A stretch of 64,000 nucleotides of DNA from an uncultured Aquiluna sp. (lineage in GTDB: Bacteria > Actinomycetota > Actinomycetes > Actinomycetales > Microbacteriaceae). Location of the stretch: assembly GCA_964350385.1 (NCBI GenBank), contig CAYGJH010000001.1:106777-170776 (forward strand). The letters are read 5' to 3'. This document shows positions 9,128 to 20,513 of this stretch, piece by piece (within the stretch, counting starts at the first letter, position 1; every line of letters begins with the position of its first letter). The notes under the pieces are model-generated. The model was not told the DNA's origin. It worked only from the letters and a program-made list of their open reading frames with translations, and did not search any database. The translations under genes and the position numbers were made by a program.

Positions 9128-11797
9128 CTAGTGTCCCGCTAGCTCCCAGTTCTCTCCGATGCCGATGTGAACATCAAGCGGAACAGACAGTTTTGCCACC
9201 TCGGTCATTTTTTCTAAGGCAACCTTCTTGACACTCTCAAGTTCTCCTGGAGCTACCGCAATCACTAACTCATCGTGTACTTGCAAGAGCAGCTGAGACT
9301 TCAAACCTTCTCTCAGCATCCCGCTTTCAACTTCAATCATTGCCAGCTTCATGATGTCTGCAGCTGTTCCTTGAATAGGGGCATTTAGCGCTGCCCGGCG
9401 GGCATTTTCGCGAACCTGGAAGATTTTGGATTGCAGGTCTGGGAAAGGTCTCCTTCGGCCATAGACGGTCGTTGTGTGTCCAAGGCTCTTTGCCCGCTGA
9501 ACCACGGTGTCGAGGTAGCGCTTCACTCCCCCAAATCGCTCGAAGTAGTCACTCATTAGCTGCTTGGCCTCAGCCTTGGAGATCCTGAGTTGGCGAGCCA
9601 GACCGTATTCACTTAGGCCGTAGACCAACCCATAGCTCATGGCCTTGACCTTTGAGCGCATGGCACCAGTTACAGCCTCAGGCTCCACGCCATAGATGCG
9701 CGCACCTACAAAGTTGTGAAGATCCTCACCATTATTGAAGGCTTCAATGAGTCCCTCATCCTCGGACAGGTGAGCCATGATTCGCATCTCAATCTGCGAA
9801 TAGTCCGCGGTGAGAAGGGTCTCGTAGCCCTCGCCAGCAATGAACGCACTTCTCAGCCGCATCCCGCGATCAGTTTTGATGGGGATGTTCTGCAGGTTTG
9901 GATTCTCACTACTCAGGCGCCCGGTTGAGGTGCCGACCTGCGAGTAACTGGTGTGAATTCGACCATCAGCCGCAACTGCCTTGATGAGGGTCTCGGTGAT
10001 CTGCCTAAGTTTTGATGAGTCGCGGTGAGCCAAAAGCTTTTCCAAAAAAGGATGCTCGGTCTGTTCGAACAGGGTCGCCAGAGCCTCTGCATTGGTTGAG
10101 TAGCCAGTTTTCACGCTTCTTGTGCCCTCCATGCCCAACTCGTCAAAAAGAACGGTTTGGAGCTGTTTTGGGCTCGCAAGATTAACCTCGTGGCCGATGA
10201 TTTCGTAGGCCTGCCTCGCTATCTCATCAACCTCTGCACTGAGTTCATCGAACTGGCTCTGCAGCACATCTTTGGCAACTGAAATGCCATGAACCTCCAT
10301 GCGTGAGAGCACACCAGCAACGGGGAGCTCAATGTCCTTGTAAACAGGAAGTGACTCCTCCTTTTCCAGTCGCGGTCCCAGAGCAGCCCAAATCATGGCG
10401 TAGCACCAGGCATCGAGAGAGGGCTCTGCTTCACTAAGAAGTTGGTCAGCATCCGCCCTCACCACATCAACCCCGGCATAGCGCCTTACCAATGCATCTG
10501 GGTCAAGATCCTTACCGCTGGGGTCAATTAGATAGGCGGCAAGAAGTGCGTCATTAGTGAGTTCCCCGAGCTCCATCCCAGCCTCGGCAAACCTGCGGTA
10601 GCTGTTCTTTGCATCCCAGGATCCGAAGCCACCCCTGGCTACTAACTTGCGAGCTCTCTCGGCGTCCCTGCCATCCCAGTCCAGTCTCTTTGTTGTGGTC
10701 GCCGCACCAAGCCCAACCAGGGAACCCTCTGCGATTTCGAGCTTCACAAAAGCCCCCTTGGAAATGAGTTCCTCGATGTCGCTGAGAGACGAAATAGCCT
10801 GCTTTGGTGGCTCCGTGGGGAGGTCTGGGCCTGTTGGGGCTTCCAACATTGGCTCATGCTCAGGAGAGTCATCCTCGACCCTTGCCGAGCGCACTGGGTG
10901 CTGCGTGCCATTTACTCCACGTAGCTTCAAAACTCGTGTCAAGAGTGTTCTAAATGAGAGCTTGGCAAATACCTCTTTGACCTGATCCTCGTCCACCGAG
11001 CCCAATTCCAGGTCCCCGATCTCAAAATCAAACTCCAGGGAACGGACGAGCTCATTGAGTCTTCGATTCCTAACCGCCAGCTCTTTGTTTTCGCGCAGGC
11101 TCTCCCCTACCTTGCCGGGGATCTCGTCCGCCGAGGAGAGGATGGCATCTAGCGAACCAAACTGCTGAATCCACTTGGCAGCTGTCTTCGGGCCGACGCC
11201 CGGAATGCCTTTGAGGTTGTCTGAGGTCTCACCAACTAAAGCGGCAAGCTCTGGATATTGTCTTGCGTGGACGCCGTATTTCTCCAAAACAGCCGCATCA
11301 TCCATGCGAGCGAGGTTCATGACGCCTTTGACGGGATAGAGAATCGTGGTCTGTTCGGTAATCAACTGAAAGGTGTCCCTGTCGCCTGAGACCACCAGAA
11401 CCCGCATCCCGGCCTTTTCACCTAGGTGAGCAAGCGAGGCAATTAGATCGTCAGCCTCGAATCTTTCCCTAGAAACAGAGGTAATGCGCATTGCACTCAG
11501 TGCCTCAACTAGTAGCTCGGTCTGTCCGATAAATTCCTCTGGAGTCTCCCCTCGGGTCCCCTTGTATTCGGGTAACTCCTCGGTTCTGAAGCTCTCCCTC
11601 GAGACATCAAAGGCCACGCAAAGATGTGTCGGCTTCTCTCCCTCAAGGATGTTCAGAAGCATCGAGATAAAGCCGTGAACGGCATTTGTGTGCTGCCCCT
11701 GTTGGTTCTTGAAATTATCGGGGTTTAGAGCATAGAAGGCCCGGAAGGCTAGAGAATGTCCGTCGATTAGCAGCAGAGTAGGCTGTTCAGAGGACAT
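9128..11797 (-). CDS. polA: DNA polymerase I
   Basis: LIDGHSLAFRA 5'-3' exonuclease domain, ADYSQIEMR, QVHDEL polymerase motifs. Confidence 0.99.
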   Translation of the reverse strand: MSSEQPTLLLIDGHSLAFRAFYALNPDNFKNQQGQHTNAVHGFISMLLNILEGEKPTHLCVAFDVSRESFRTEELPEYKGTRGETPEEFIGQTELLVEALSAMRITSVSRERFEADDLIASLAHLGEKAGMRVLVVSGDRDTFQLITEQTTILYPVKGVMNLARMDDAAVLEKYGVHARQYPELAALVGETSDNLKGIPGVGPKTAAKWIQQFGSLDAILSSADEIPGKVGESLRENKELAVRNRRLNELVRSLEFDFEIGDLELGSVDEDQVKEVFAKLSFRTLLTRVLKLRGVNGTQHPVRSARVEDDSPEHEPMLEAPTGPDLPTEPPKQAISSLSDIEELISKGAFVKLEIAEGSLVGLGAATTTKRLDWDGRDAERARKLVARGGFGSWDAKNSYRRFAEAGMELGELTNDALLAAYLIDPSGKDLDPDALVRRYAGVDVVRADADQLLSEAEPSLDAWCYAMIWAALGPRLEKEESLPVYKDIELPVAGVLSRMEVHGISVAKDVLQSQFDELSAEVDEIARQAYEIIGHEVNLASPKQLQTVLFDELGMEGTRSVKTGYSTNAEALATLFEQTEHPFLEKLLAHRDSSKLRQITETLIKAVAADGRIHTSYSQVGTSTGRLSSENPNLQNIPIKTDRGMRLRSAFIAGEGYETLLTADYSQIEMRIMAHLSEDEGLIEAFNNGEDLHNFVGARIYGVEPEAVTGAMRSKVKAMSYGLVYGLSEYGLARQLRISKAEAKQLMSDYFERFGGVKRYLDTVVQRAKSLGHTTTVYGRRRPFPDLQSKIFQVRENARRAALNAPIQGTAADIMKLAMIEVESGMLREGLKSQLLLQVHDELVIAVAPGELESVKKVALEKMTEVAKLSVPLDVHIGIGENWELAGH

Positions 11798-11800
11798 GTA

Positions 11801-11811
11801 AGTAGCCTACT
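11801..11811. promoter_or_regulatory. Overlapping divergent -10 elements for polA (TAGGCT, minus) and thioesterase (TAGCCT, plus)
   Basis: Near-palindrome AGTAGCCTACT; the minus-strand box is 6 nt before the polA ATG. Confidence 0.55.
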
Positions 11812-11828
11812 TTGCAGGAGGTCGTGGG

Positions 11829-12260
11829 GTGGACAAGGACGAGGTAGTCACCTCAGAGCAGGCTCTCGAGGTCATGAAACAACGCGGCTTGGGTGCACTT
11901 GCCGACTCAATGGGCATCAAGCTTGTCGAGTTGAGTGCAGAGCGTGCGGTCGCCACGATGCCCGTAGAGGGAAACACTCAACCGATTGGACTTCTCCACG
12001 GCGGGGCCCACGTGGTTTTGGCCGAGTCACTTGGTTCCTTTGCTGCGAATGTTCACGCTCACCCCTGGGGTTATGCGGTTGGCATCGAACTAAACGCTTC
12101 TCACCACGGTTCAATAGAGTCCGGAGTAGTGACCGGTACCTGCACCGCAGTCAAGCTTGGAAAGACCCTCACAACGCACGAAATAAAGATGACAGACGAG
12201 AACGGTCGCCTGCTTTCAACTGTGAGAATTACTAACTATCTCCGCCCGAAGGGGTCTTAG
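11829..12260 (+). CDS. PaaI/hotdog-fold thioesterase
   Basis: NTQPIGLLHGGAHVVLAESLGS motif, AVGIELNASH; AGGAGG SD. Confidence 0.92.
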   Translation: MDKDEVVTSEQALEVMKQRGLGALADSMGIKLVELSAERAVATMPVEGNTQPIGLLHGGAHVVLAESLGSFAANVHAHPWGYAVGIELNASHHGSIESGVVTGTCTAVKLGKTLTTHEIKMTDENGRLLSTVRITNYLRPKGS

Positions 12261-12831
12261 GTCCCAGCTGCTCAATCACTGCCTTGGCAACCTGTGCCAT
12301 AGAGAGCCGGCGGTCCATTGAGGCTTTTTGAATCCACCTAAAGGCGTCTGGTTCACTCAGTTTCATTTGCGTCATCAGCAGACCTTTGGCGCGGTCCATC
12401 ATCTTGCGGGTCTCCAGCCGATCCGAAAGGTCAGCAATCTCGGACTCCAAAGACAAGAGTTCCTCGTGCCGAGCGAGAGCTATTTGAATCGCTGGCAGCA
12501 GGTCACCGGGCTTGAAGGGCTTTGTCACATAGGCCATAGCTCCCGCTTCCGCTGCTCTAGAGACCAGATCGGTTTGGGAAAAGGCGGTGAGTAGAACTAC
12601 CGGAATCTTGAGCTCGGCAATCTTCTCGGCCGCGCTGATGCCATCGAGCTTCGGCATCTTGATGTCCATGACCACAAGATCTGGCTCGTGCTCCTTTGCG
12701 AGCGAGATAGCCTCTTCACCGTCTGCGCCCTCGCCTACGATTTCAAAGCCAGCCTCTTCCAGCGTCGCCACTACGTCCATGCGAATGAGAGCTTCGTCCT
12801 CGACGACGACTACTCTTAGGGCCTCTGACAT
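12232..12831 (-). CDS. pdtaR: REC-ANTAR response regulator (PdtaR / Rv1626-like)
   Basis: Receiver (VVVEDE...MDIKMP) plus ANTAR (RAKGLLM...EPDAFRWIQKASMDRR); start moved to ATG 12831, which lies 7 nt after TAGAGT. Confidence 0.92.
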   Translation of the reverse strand: MSEALRVVVVEDEALIRMDVVATLEEAGFEIVGEGADGEEAISLAKEHEPDLVVMDIKMPKLDGISAAEKIAELKIPVVLLTAFSQTDLVSRAAEAGAMAYVTKPFKPGDLLPAIQIALARHEELLSLESEIADLSDRLETRKMMDRAKGLLMTQMKLSEPDAFRWIQKASMDRRLSMAQVAKAVIEQLGPKTPSGGDS

Positions 12832-12878
12832 GGGCAATACTCTACCCAATCGGGTATCCACTACACTTCTAGCTGCCA

Positions 12879-12961
12879 GCCGGAATGGCGGAACGGCAGA
12901 CGCGGAGCACTCAAAATGCTTTGTCCGAAAGGGCGTGTGGGTTCAAATCCCACTTCCGGCA
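12879..12961 (+). tRNA. tRNA-Leu(CAA), 3' CCA not encoded
   Basis: Acceptor stem GCCGGAA/TTCCGGC, anticodon arm GAGCA-CTCAAAA-TGCTT, long variable arm, T-arm GGTTCAAATCC. Confidence 0.97.
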
Positions 12962-12966
12962 CAGAT

Positions 12967-12996
12967 AAAAAGGACGGTGACTTCACCGTCCTTTTT
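12967..12996. terminator. Bidirectional intrinsic terminator between tRNA-Leu and pyk
   Basis: AAAAAGGACGGTGA-CT-TCACCGTCCTTTTT inverted repeat with T-tails on both strands. Confidence 0.92.
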
Positions 12997-12998
12997 GC

Positions 12999-14441
12999 TT
13001 AGTTCTTGTAAGCGGGGGCCGCTACGAAGACCGCATCTCCAACCCTATGAACCCTAAGGGCATTGGTTGATCCTGGGATTCCTGGAGGGGAACCAGCAAC
13101 GATGATTACCTCATCGCCAACCCGGCATTTGCCACTTTCGAGCATGAGCTCGTCAACCTGCTTCACCATCTGGTCGGTGTGGGTCACCTTGTCAACGAGG
13201 TAAGTCGTCGCTCCCCAGATAAGCGATAGCTTTCGCCTAACCTCCTCGTTCGGTGAGAAGGCGAGGACGGGAATTCGCGAGCGAAGTCTCGATACTCTGC
13301 GAAGGGTGTCTCCAGACTCGGTAAACACGCAAACATACTTGCTGCCCAAAAGCTCCGCGATGTCCATCGCAGCCTTAACCACAGCACCGGAGTGGGTGTG
13401 GGGCTTCGTGCCAAGCTCAGGAATCCTGTCCAACCCGTTTTCTTCGGTCGACTCGATAATTCTTGCCATTGTCTGGACCGTCTCTAGCGGGTACTCACCC
13501 ACCGACGTCTCGCCTGAGAGCATCAAGGCATCTGCGCCATCGAGCACCGCATTAGCGACATCCGAGGCCTCTGCGCGCGTCGGACGCGATGCCGAGATCA
13601 TGCTTTCAAGCATCTGAGTTGCGACAATCACGGGCTTTGCCCAGCGCCTTGCTAACTCAACGGCTCTTTTTTGAACGAGTGGAACCTGCTCCAGGGGAAG
13701 TTCGACACCCAGGTCGCCTCGGGCGACCATCACGCCGTCAAATGCGTCAACAATCTCTTCCAGGGCTGCCACTGCCTGGGGCTTTTCTATCTTGGCGATG
13801 ACAGGGACGAAGACGTCCTCCTCGTCCATGATCTCGTGAACACGAACGATGTCCTTGGCGTTTCTTACGAAGCTGAGCGCAACCATGTCAGCTCCGAGCT
13901 TGAGTGCCCACCTGAGGTCATCCTCGTCCTTCTCGCTTAGCGCGGGGACGTTCACGGCCACGCCTGGAAGGTTTATGCCCTTGTTGTTGGAGATTGGTCC
14001 ACCGATTTCGACATCGCAAACCACGTTATTACCCTCAAGGGACCTAACTCTCAGAGACAGTCGGCCATCGTCAATCAAAATTGGATCTCCGACCTTCACG
14101 TCGCCGACAAGGCCTTTGTGAGTTGTGGAGCAAATACTCTCGGTACCCTCAACATCATCTACTGTGATGGTGAATGTGCCGCCGGTGGTAATCGTCTCCT
14201 TGTCATTCTTGAAGCGCCCCAGCCTAATTTTTGGGCCCTGGAGATCAACCAATATTCCAACTGGCTTTCCGACCTCGGCTGCTGCTTTGCGGATAGTCGC
14301 ATAAACCTTCTCGTGGACCGAGTGGTCTCCGTGGCTGAGGTTCATTCGGGCGACATCGACACCCGCCTCGATGATGGCTTTTGCCTTCTCGTAGTCGCTA
14401 ACGGCTGGGCCAAATGTAGCGACGATTTTGGCGCGTCTCAT
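12999..14441 (-). CDS. pyk: Pyruvate kinase
   Basis: MRRAKIVATFGP, VARGDLGVE, ATQMLESM, LMLSGETS. Confidence 0.99.
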   Translation of the reverse strand: MRRAKIVATFGPAVSDYEKAKAIIEAGVDVARMNLSHGDHSVHEKVYATIRKAAAEVGKPVGILVDLQGPKIRLGRFKNDKETITTGGTFTITVDDVEGTESICSTTHKGLVGDVKVGDPILIDDGRLSLRVRSLEGNNVVCDVEIGGPISNNKGINLPGVAVNVPALSEKDEDDLRWALKLGADMVALSFVRNAKDIVRVHEIMDEEDVFVPVIAKIEKPQAVAALEEIVDAFDGVMVARGDLGVELPLEQVPLVQKRAVELARRWAKPVIVATQMLESMISASRPTRAEASDVANAVLDGADALMLSGETSVGEYPLETVQTMARIIESTEENGLDRIPELGTKPHTHSGAVVKAAMDIAELLGSKYVCVFTESGDTLRRVSRLRSRIPVLAFSPNEEVRRKLSLIWGATTYLVDKVTHTDQMVKQVDELMLESGKCRVGDEVIIVAGSPPGIPGSTNALRVHRVGDAVFVAAPAYKN

Positions 14442-14458
14442 CTTTATTTGTCTCTTCT

Positions 14459-15916
14459 CTAGCTGTAAACAGCTATGGGTTGATCTGTTGGCTTTACCGG
14501 GAAAGGCAGCTCGGTCTCGCCTTCGAGATATTCATCTATTGCGGAGGCGGCTGCACGACCCTCAGCAATTGCCCAGACTACTAGGCTCGCCCCTCTACCG
14601 GCATCACCTGCGCTAAACAATCCCGGCGCGACCTGGTACTTGTTGTCGCGTTTGATGTTGCCCTTTTCATCTAGCTCTACCGCAGCCTGCTCTGAAATAC
14701 TCTCAGATTCATTACCTACGAAACCAAGGGCGAGTAGTACCAAGTCGGCAGGCAAGATTCTTTCCGTGCCCTTCTTTGGCACGCGCTTTCCCCCAACAAA
14801 CTCCGTGTCGGCAACTTTGACTCCGGTGACCCTGCCGTTTTCTCCAACGAACTCAACGGTTGAGTGCAGGTACTTCCGCTCGCCAAACTCCTCGTGGGCG
14901 CTCTGAACCTCAAAAAGGTTCGGCACCATCGGCCAAGGCATGTCCTCGGTCCTGTCCTCAGGCGGTTTCACTCCGATGGCGAGGGTCGTCACACTCTTGG
15001 CACCCTGCCTCGTCGCCGTTCCGAGGCAATCAGCTCCGGTGTCACCGCCACCGAGGATTATTACGTGCTTGTCCTGAGCATGAATTTGCTCCGAAACCTC
15101 ATCGCCGGCAATTCGTTTGTTTGATTGGGTGAGGTACTCCATAGCGAAATGAATGCCCTCAAGCTCTCTACCGGCTACATCCAGGTTTCTAGGCTTGAGA
15201 GCCCCGGTTGCTACAAGAACTGCGTCATACCGCTTCTTGAGCTCCGGCCAGCTGATGTCAACGCCGATGTTTACGCCAGTGCGGAACCGTGTGCCCTCGG
15301 CCTCCATTTGGGAGATCCTGCGCTCTAGGTGGATCTTCTCCATCTTGAAGTCGGGAATTCCGTAGCGAAGAAGCCCTCCGATGCGGTCGTCTCGCTCAAA
15401 TACTGCAACGGTGTGGCCCGCCCTGGTCAGCTGTTGCGCTGCTGCAAGACCGGCAGGACCGCTGCCGACAATAGCGATCGTTTTACCCGTTAGCCGCTCT
15501 GGAACCTGAGGTGTCACGTAGCCCTGATCGAAGGCGTTGTCGATTATCGACACCTCGATCTCCTTGATGGTGACCGCCGGTTGATTAATACCCAGCACGC
15601 ATGAGTCTTCGCAGGGAGCGGGGCAAATGCGCCCGGTGAACTCGGGAAAATTATTGGTGGCGTGAAGCCTGTCAATGGCCTCTTTGCCTCTGCCGCGATG
15701 GGTGAGGTCGTTCCACTCCGGAATTAGGTTTCCAAGCGGGCACCCCTGGTGACAGAAGGGAATACCGCAGTCCATGCATCGACTTGCTTGCCTGACAATT
15801 ACCTCGCCGTTGCGCTCCGCGTAGACCTCTTTCCAGTCCTTGATGCGCACCGGGATGGGGCGCCGGGGCGCTGTCTCACGCTCGGTTACCTTCAGAAATC
15901 CCCTTGGATCAGCCAT
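14459..15916 (-). CDS. gltD: Glutamate synthase small subunit
   Basis: Start moved to MADPRGF (15916); [10 protein letters not shown] Fe-S motif, GSGPAGL. Confidence 0.97.
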   Translation of the reverse strand: MADPRGFLKVTERETAPRRPIPVRIKDWKEVYAERNGEVIVRQASRCMDCGIPFCHQGCPLGNLIPEWNDLTHRGRGKEAIDRLHATNNFPEFTGRICPAPCEDSCVLGINQPAVTIKEIEVSIIDNAFDQGYVTPQVPERLTGKTIAIVGSGPAGLAAAQQLTRAGHTVAVFERDDRIGGLLRYGIPDFKMEKIHLERRISQMEAEGTRFRTGVNIGVDISWPELKKRYDAVLVATGALKPRNLDVAGRELEGIHFAMEYLTQSNKRIAGDEVSEQIHAQDKHVIILGGGDTGADCLGTATRQGAKSVTTLAIGVKPPEDRTEDMPWPMVPNLFEVQSAHEEFGERKYLHSTVEFVGENGRVTGVKVADTEFVGGKRVPKKGTERILPADLVLLALGFVGNESESISEQAAVELDEKGNIKRDNKYQVAPGLFSAGDAGRGASLVVWAIAEGRAAASAIDEYLEGETELPFPVKPTDQPIAVYS

Positions 15917-18900
15917 TTGACACCTCCAGAATCTGGGTCCAGACCTCTTCCCCGTCTGGTTCATAGCCGAGTTCCTGGGCGTTTCGTTGAATCTCCATCA
16001 CTCGTGCGTAGTCCCGAGGAAGCACGCGGACAAAGTTCATCGCCTCGTTTTTGAAGTCGGCAAGTATTTTTCTGGCGTTTGGTGAGCCTGTCTCAGCGAG
16101 GTGCTCCTCCAGAAGCTCACGCAACTCTGCAATCTGGTCATTATCTGGCGCACCCAGGGTTATTTCGCCAAGCTGCAAAGCCTCACGGTTAACCCTTGCC
16201 TCGGAGAGCTTGTAGACGTAGGCAATGCCGCCAGACATTCCGGCCCCGAGGTTGATACCAGTCTTGCCAAGGATTACCGCCCTGCCGCCGGTCATGTACT
16301 CGAGGGCGTGGTCTCCGACACCCTCCACAACCGCGTGTGCTCCGGAGTTGCGGACCAGGAAGCGCTCACCCACTATGCCGTTGAGGAAAATCTTCCCAGC
16401 GGTTGCGCCGTAGCCGATTACGTTGCCGGCGATCACATTTTCACCCGCAACATAGGCAGCACCGGCCGGTGGCTTCACAACCACGGTGCCGCCGGATAGC
16501 CCCTTTGCCACGTAGTCATTGCAGTCACCCGAGACGGTTATCTTTATGCCTCTGGGCACAAATGCTCCCAGCGATTGACCCGCACTGCCGGTAAGTGAGA
16601 GCTCTAGGGTTCCAGGCTCTAGACCCTGCTCGCCCCACTTGTAGGTCAGCTCATTACCAAGCATTGTTCCGATTGCCTGGTTTGTGTTGTTTATCTCGCG
16701 CTCGATGAAGACCTTCTTGCCCTCCACAAGTGCGGGGGCAGCCTCTTCGATCAGTGGGTAGTCGAAGTGATTCTCAAGTTCGTGGTCCTGAACCGTTGTT
16801 CGGTGCAGAGCAGAGTCGGTCTTGATGTCCTTGGCTGCAAATATGGGGGCTAGGTCTAGTCCATCTGCCTTCCAGTGCTTGATTGCCTGGTTTGCATCCA
16901 ACAGTTCAGCGTGACCAATTGCTTCTTCAAGCGACCTAAAGCCCAGCTCTGCGAGATATTCCCGAACCTCTTGAGCCAAGAACTCAAAGAAATTCACAAC
17001 GTGATCTGCCTGGCCTCGGAATCTCTCGCGCAGCTCGGGGTTCTGCGTCGCAACCCCAACTGGGCAGGTGTCCAGGTGGCAAACACGCATCAGGATGCAG
17101 CCCTCCACCACCAAAGGAGCGGTAGCGAAACCAAACTCCTCCGCACCAAGCAGCGCTGCGATGATGACGTCCCTGCCTGTTTTCATGGATCCATCGACCT
17201 GCACCGTTATGCGGTCCCTCAGGCCGTTCAGCAGCAATGTCTGCTGGGCCTCGGCGAGCCCCAGCTCCCAAGGGGTGCCGGCATGTTTCAGAGAGTTCAA
17301 TGGGCTGGCGCCGGTGCCACCATCATGTCCAGAAATGAGAACTACATCGGCCTTAGCCTTCGCGACACCTGCAGCAACTGTTCCGACACCAAACTGGCTA
17401 ACGAGCTTCACGTGAATCCTGGCTCGGCGGTTGGCTCGCTTCAGATCAAATATGAGCTGCTTTAGATCCTCGATTGAGTAAATGTCGTGGTGAGGAGGAG
17501 GTGAAATTAAGCCAACTCCAGGAGTTGAGTGCCTGAGGTCGGCAATCCACGGATAAACCTTGTGAGGAGGAAGCTGACCACCTTCGCCAGGCTTTGCTCC
17601 CTGTGCCATCTTGATTTGGATGTCATCGGCGTGGGTTAGGTACATGCTGGTGACGCCAAAGCGACCAGATGCCACCTGCTTGACCGCAGATCGCTTCTCC
17701 CGATCCAGCAACCGCTCGACCGACTCACCACCTTCGCCGGTGTTGCTCTTTCCTCCGAGACGGTTCATTGCGATCGCCAGCACCTCGTGGGCCTCTGGGC
17801 TGATGGCACCCATTGACATGGCACCGGTGGCGAAACGCTTCACAATCTCGGAAACCGGCTCGACTTCCTCGATTGGGATTGACTTGCGCTGGTCCGTTCG
17901 GAGTTTGAAGAGGCCCCGAATGGTCATGAGCCTCTCGGCTTGGTCGTCGACTGCGCTGGTGTATTGCTTGAAGATGTCGTAGCGCTTCTGCTTGGTTGAG
18001 TGCTGAAGCTTAAAGATGGTCTCCGGGTTGAAAAGGTGCGGAGGGCCCTCGCGGCGCCACTTCATCTCGCCACCAACTTCAAGTGGCATGTGGACACTGG
18101 TCGCCCCCTCTAGTGGGTAGGCGTGTCTGTGACGCTTTTCGATCTCGGTATGTAGGACATCCAGCCCTACTCCCCCGAGCTTTGAAATGGTTCCGGTGAA
18201 GTGCTGGTCAATAAGTTTCTGTGAGAGTCCTACCGCTTCGAAACACTGGGCTCCTGCATAGGACGCGACGGTCGAAATTCCCATCTTGCTCATGATCTTC
18301 AGCACACCCTTACCGAGCGCCTTGATCATGTTCTTGCTTGAACGCTCAGGGGTGATGCCAGTGATCAGACCCTTGATTACCATGTCTTCAGCCGTCTCTA
18401 GGGCTAGGTAGGGGTTTATGGCTGAGGCACCATAGCCCAGGAGGGTTGCCATGTGGTGCACATCGCGTGCGTCACCGCACTCAACGATGAGCCCCGCCAT
18501 GGTTCTTGTCCCACGCCGAATTAGATGGTGGTGAATTGCCGAGCAGCTCAAAAGCGATGGAATGGGGGCAAGCTCACGGTTCGAGTCTCGGTCTGAGAGA
18601 ATCACGAAAGTAGCCCCAGCCTCAAGCGCTCGATCAACCTCGTCACACATCGCCTCGAGACGCTCCTGGAGGGCCTCCTCGCCCTCGTCGACACGATAGA
18701 GGCAAGAAACTGTAATTGCTTTACCGATGTTGTTGCCGCGGTCAATGTGCTTAATTCGAGCAAGCTCGTCATTGGTCAGGATCGGGTAGTCAAGAACCAT
18801 CTGCTTCGCATGCTCGGGTGAGGCATCCAGCAGGTTCCTAACCGGACCAATGCTGGCAGTCATTGATGTGACAACCTCTTCTCGAATCGCATCGAGTGGC

Positions 18901-20456
18901 GGGTTCGTCACCTGTGCAAACTGTTGAGTGAAGTAGTCGAAGAGCAGCCTCGGTCGGTCGCTGATCGCAGCAATAGGAGTATCACTTCCCATTGCGCCAA
19001 TCGGCTCCTGCCCGAATCTGGCCATCGGAGAGATGAATTCTTTGAGATCTTCCTCGGTGTAGCCAAAAACCCGCTGCCTTCTCGCAACCGATGCCGAGGA
19101 GTAGCGAATGTGCTCTCTCTCTGGAAGGTCCTTGAGGTTAATCCTCTCTGCGTCAAGCCATTCTCCCCATGGCTCCAAGGAGGCAACCTCTGCCTTTATC
19201 TCCTCATCTTCGATGATTTGGCCGGCCTCAGTGTCAATCAGGAACATCTTTCCTGGTTGCAGCCTGCCCTTACGAACGATTCGGTCTGCAGGGATGTCCG
19301 AGACGCCAATCTCGCTTGCAAGGATTACGAAGCCATCCTCGGTAACAACAAAACGACCTGGCCTGAGGCCATTTCTGTCAAGGGTTGCCCCAACGAGATT
19401 GCCGTCGGTGAAGACGACAGCAGCCGGCCCGTCCCAGGGTTCCATGATCATTGAGTGATACTCGAAGAAGTCTCTGACCTTGGGGTCGATGTCGAGCTGC
19501 TTCTCCCACGCACCAGGAATCATCATCATCATGGCGTGAGGGAGAGACCGGCCACCAAGAACCAGCAGTTCTAGTACCTCATCAAACGTTGCACTGTCCG
19601 AAGCGCCATCGGAGACAATTGGCTTAAGCGACTCCATGTCACCCAGGAGCGCTGAAGAGAGTTGCGACTCTCTCGCGGCCATCCAGTTCGCATTTCCCTT
19701 GACCGTATTGATCTCGCCATTGTGGGCAATAAAACGGAAGGGGTGGGCAAGCGGCCAAGACGGGAATGTGTTGGTTGAGAATCTGGAGTGAACTAGCGCC
19801 AAGAGCGATTCGAAGCGCTCGTCCGAGAGGTCCTTATAGAACGGCTCAAGCTGCAGGGTCGTGACCATGCCCTTGTAGACCATCGTTCGCATAGATAGCG
19901 AAGGGTGATAAACACCAATCTCGCGCTCGCTGCGTTTGCGCAACCTAAATAGCGCTCGCTCTAGTTCAAGTCCATGTAGCCCATCACCCGCCAGGAAAAT
20001 TTGCTGGATCTCAGGCATTGCCTCCCGAGCAAGATCCCCAAGAACACTGGGGTCCGTGGGTGGAGTCCTAGTGCCGATGAGTTTCAGGCCCTCTTCCTCT
20101 GCCAACTTGCTGAGGCCGGAAAGGTCCTTTTTGCTGGTTGCGGCATCTAGGAACACCAATCCGGTTCCATAGCTACCCCTCTCGGGCAGCTCAAAGTCGA
20201 CTACCTCTCGGAAGAAGCGATCCGGAATCTGAGTGAGGATTCCTGCTCCATCACCGGTTCCGGCATCAGAACCAACCGCTCCCCGGTGCTCAAGGTTTCG
20301 AAGGGAATTCAGGGCCATCTCGACGATGTCATGACCCGCATGACCTCTGAGTGTTGCAACCATTGCCAAACCACAGGCATCCTTCTCAGCGGCAGGGTCA
20401 TAGAGACCCTGCGCAGCAGGCAGGCTACTGAAGCGCTGGAATGGTGATATAGGCAT
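15909..20456 (-). CDS. gltB: Glutamate synthase large subunit
   Basis: EKDACG N-terminal nucleophile Cys, [28 protein letters not shown]. Confidence 0.99.
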   Translation of the reverse strand: MPISPFQRFSSLPAAQGLYDPAAEKDACGLAMVATLRGHAGHDIVEMALNSLRNLEHRGAVGSDAGTGDGAGILTQIPDRFFREVVDFELPERGSYGTGLVFLDAATSKKDLSGLSKLAEEEGLKLIGTRTPPTDPSVLGDLAREAMPEIQQIFLAGDGLHGLELERALFRLRKRSEREIGVYHPSLSMRTMVYKGMVTTLQLEPFYKDLSDERFESLLALVHSRFSTNTFPSWPLAHPFRFIAHNGEINTVKGNANWMAARESQLSSALLGDMESLKPIVSDGASDSATFDEVLELLVLGGRSLPHAMMMMIPGAWEKQLDIDPKVRDFFEYHSMIMEPWDGPAAVVFTDGNLVGATLDRNGLRPGRFVVTEDGFVILASEIGVSDIPADRIVRKGRLQPGKMFLIDTEAGQIIEDEEIKAEVASLEPWGEWLDAERINLKDLPEREHIRYSSASVARRQRVFGYTEEDLKEFISPMARFGQEPIGAMGSDTPIAAISDRPRLLFDYFTQQFAQVTNPPLDAIREEVVTSMTASIGPVRNLLDASPEHAKQMVLDYPILTNDELARIKHIDRGNNIGKAITVSCLYRVDEGEEALQERLEAMCDEVDRALEAGATFVILSDRDSNRELAPIPSLLSCSAIHHHLIRRGTRTMAGLIVECGDARDVHHMATLLGYGASAINPYLALETAEDMVIKGLITGITPERSSKNMIKALGKGVLKIMSKMGISTVASYAGAQCFEAVGLSQKLIDQHFTGTISKLGGVGLDVLHTEIEKRHRHAYPLEGATSVHMPLEVGGEMKWRREGPPHLFNPETIFKLQHSTKQKRYDIFKQYTSAVDDQAERLMTIRGLFKLRTDQRKSIPIEEVEPVSEIVKRFATGAMSMGAISPEAHEVLAIAMNRLGGKSNTGEGGESVERLLDREKRSAVKQVASGRFGVTSMYLTHADDIQIKMAQGAKPGEGGQLPPHKVYPWIADLRHSTPGVGLISPPPHHDIYSIEDLKQLIFDLKRANRRARIHVKLVSQFGVGTVAAGVAKAKADVVLISGHDGGTGASPLNSLKHAGTPWELGLAEAQQTLLLNGLRDRITVQVDGSMKTGRDVIIAALLGAEEFGFATAPLVVEGCILMRVCHLDTCPVGVATQNPELRERFRGQADHVVNFFEFLAQEVREYLAELGFRSLEEAIGHAELLDANQAIKHWKADGLDLAPIFAAKDIKTDSALHRTTVQDHELENHFDYPLIEEAAPALVEGKKVFIEREINNTNQAIGTMLGNELTYKWGEQGLEPGTLELSLTGSAGQSLGAFVPRGIKITVSGDCNDYVAKGLSGGTVVVKPPAGAAYVAGENVIAGNVIGYGATAGKIFLNGIVGERFLVRNSGAHAVVEGVGDHALEYMTGGRAVILGKTGINLGAGMSGGIAYVYKLSEARVNREALQLGEITLGAPDNDQIAELRELLEEHLAETGSPNARKILADFKNEAMNFVRVLPRDYARVMEIQRNAQELGYEPDGEEVWTQILEVSNG

Positions 20457-20513
20457 GCCTCTCCAATCGAATTCCTATGTTGAGTAGGGACTTCGTCGGC
20501 CCAGGCGTAAAAG

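Noticed and set aside
10790-10925. Pro/acidic low-complexity segment in PolA (possible intein or insertion)
   Set aside because: It is a short variable linker after the 5'-3' exonuclease domain, with no intein motifs
12879-12998. tRNA-Leu as an integration site for a prophage or island
   Set aside because: The terminator and pyk follow immediately; no integrase and no duplicated tRNA 3' end were seen
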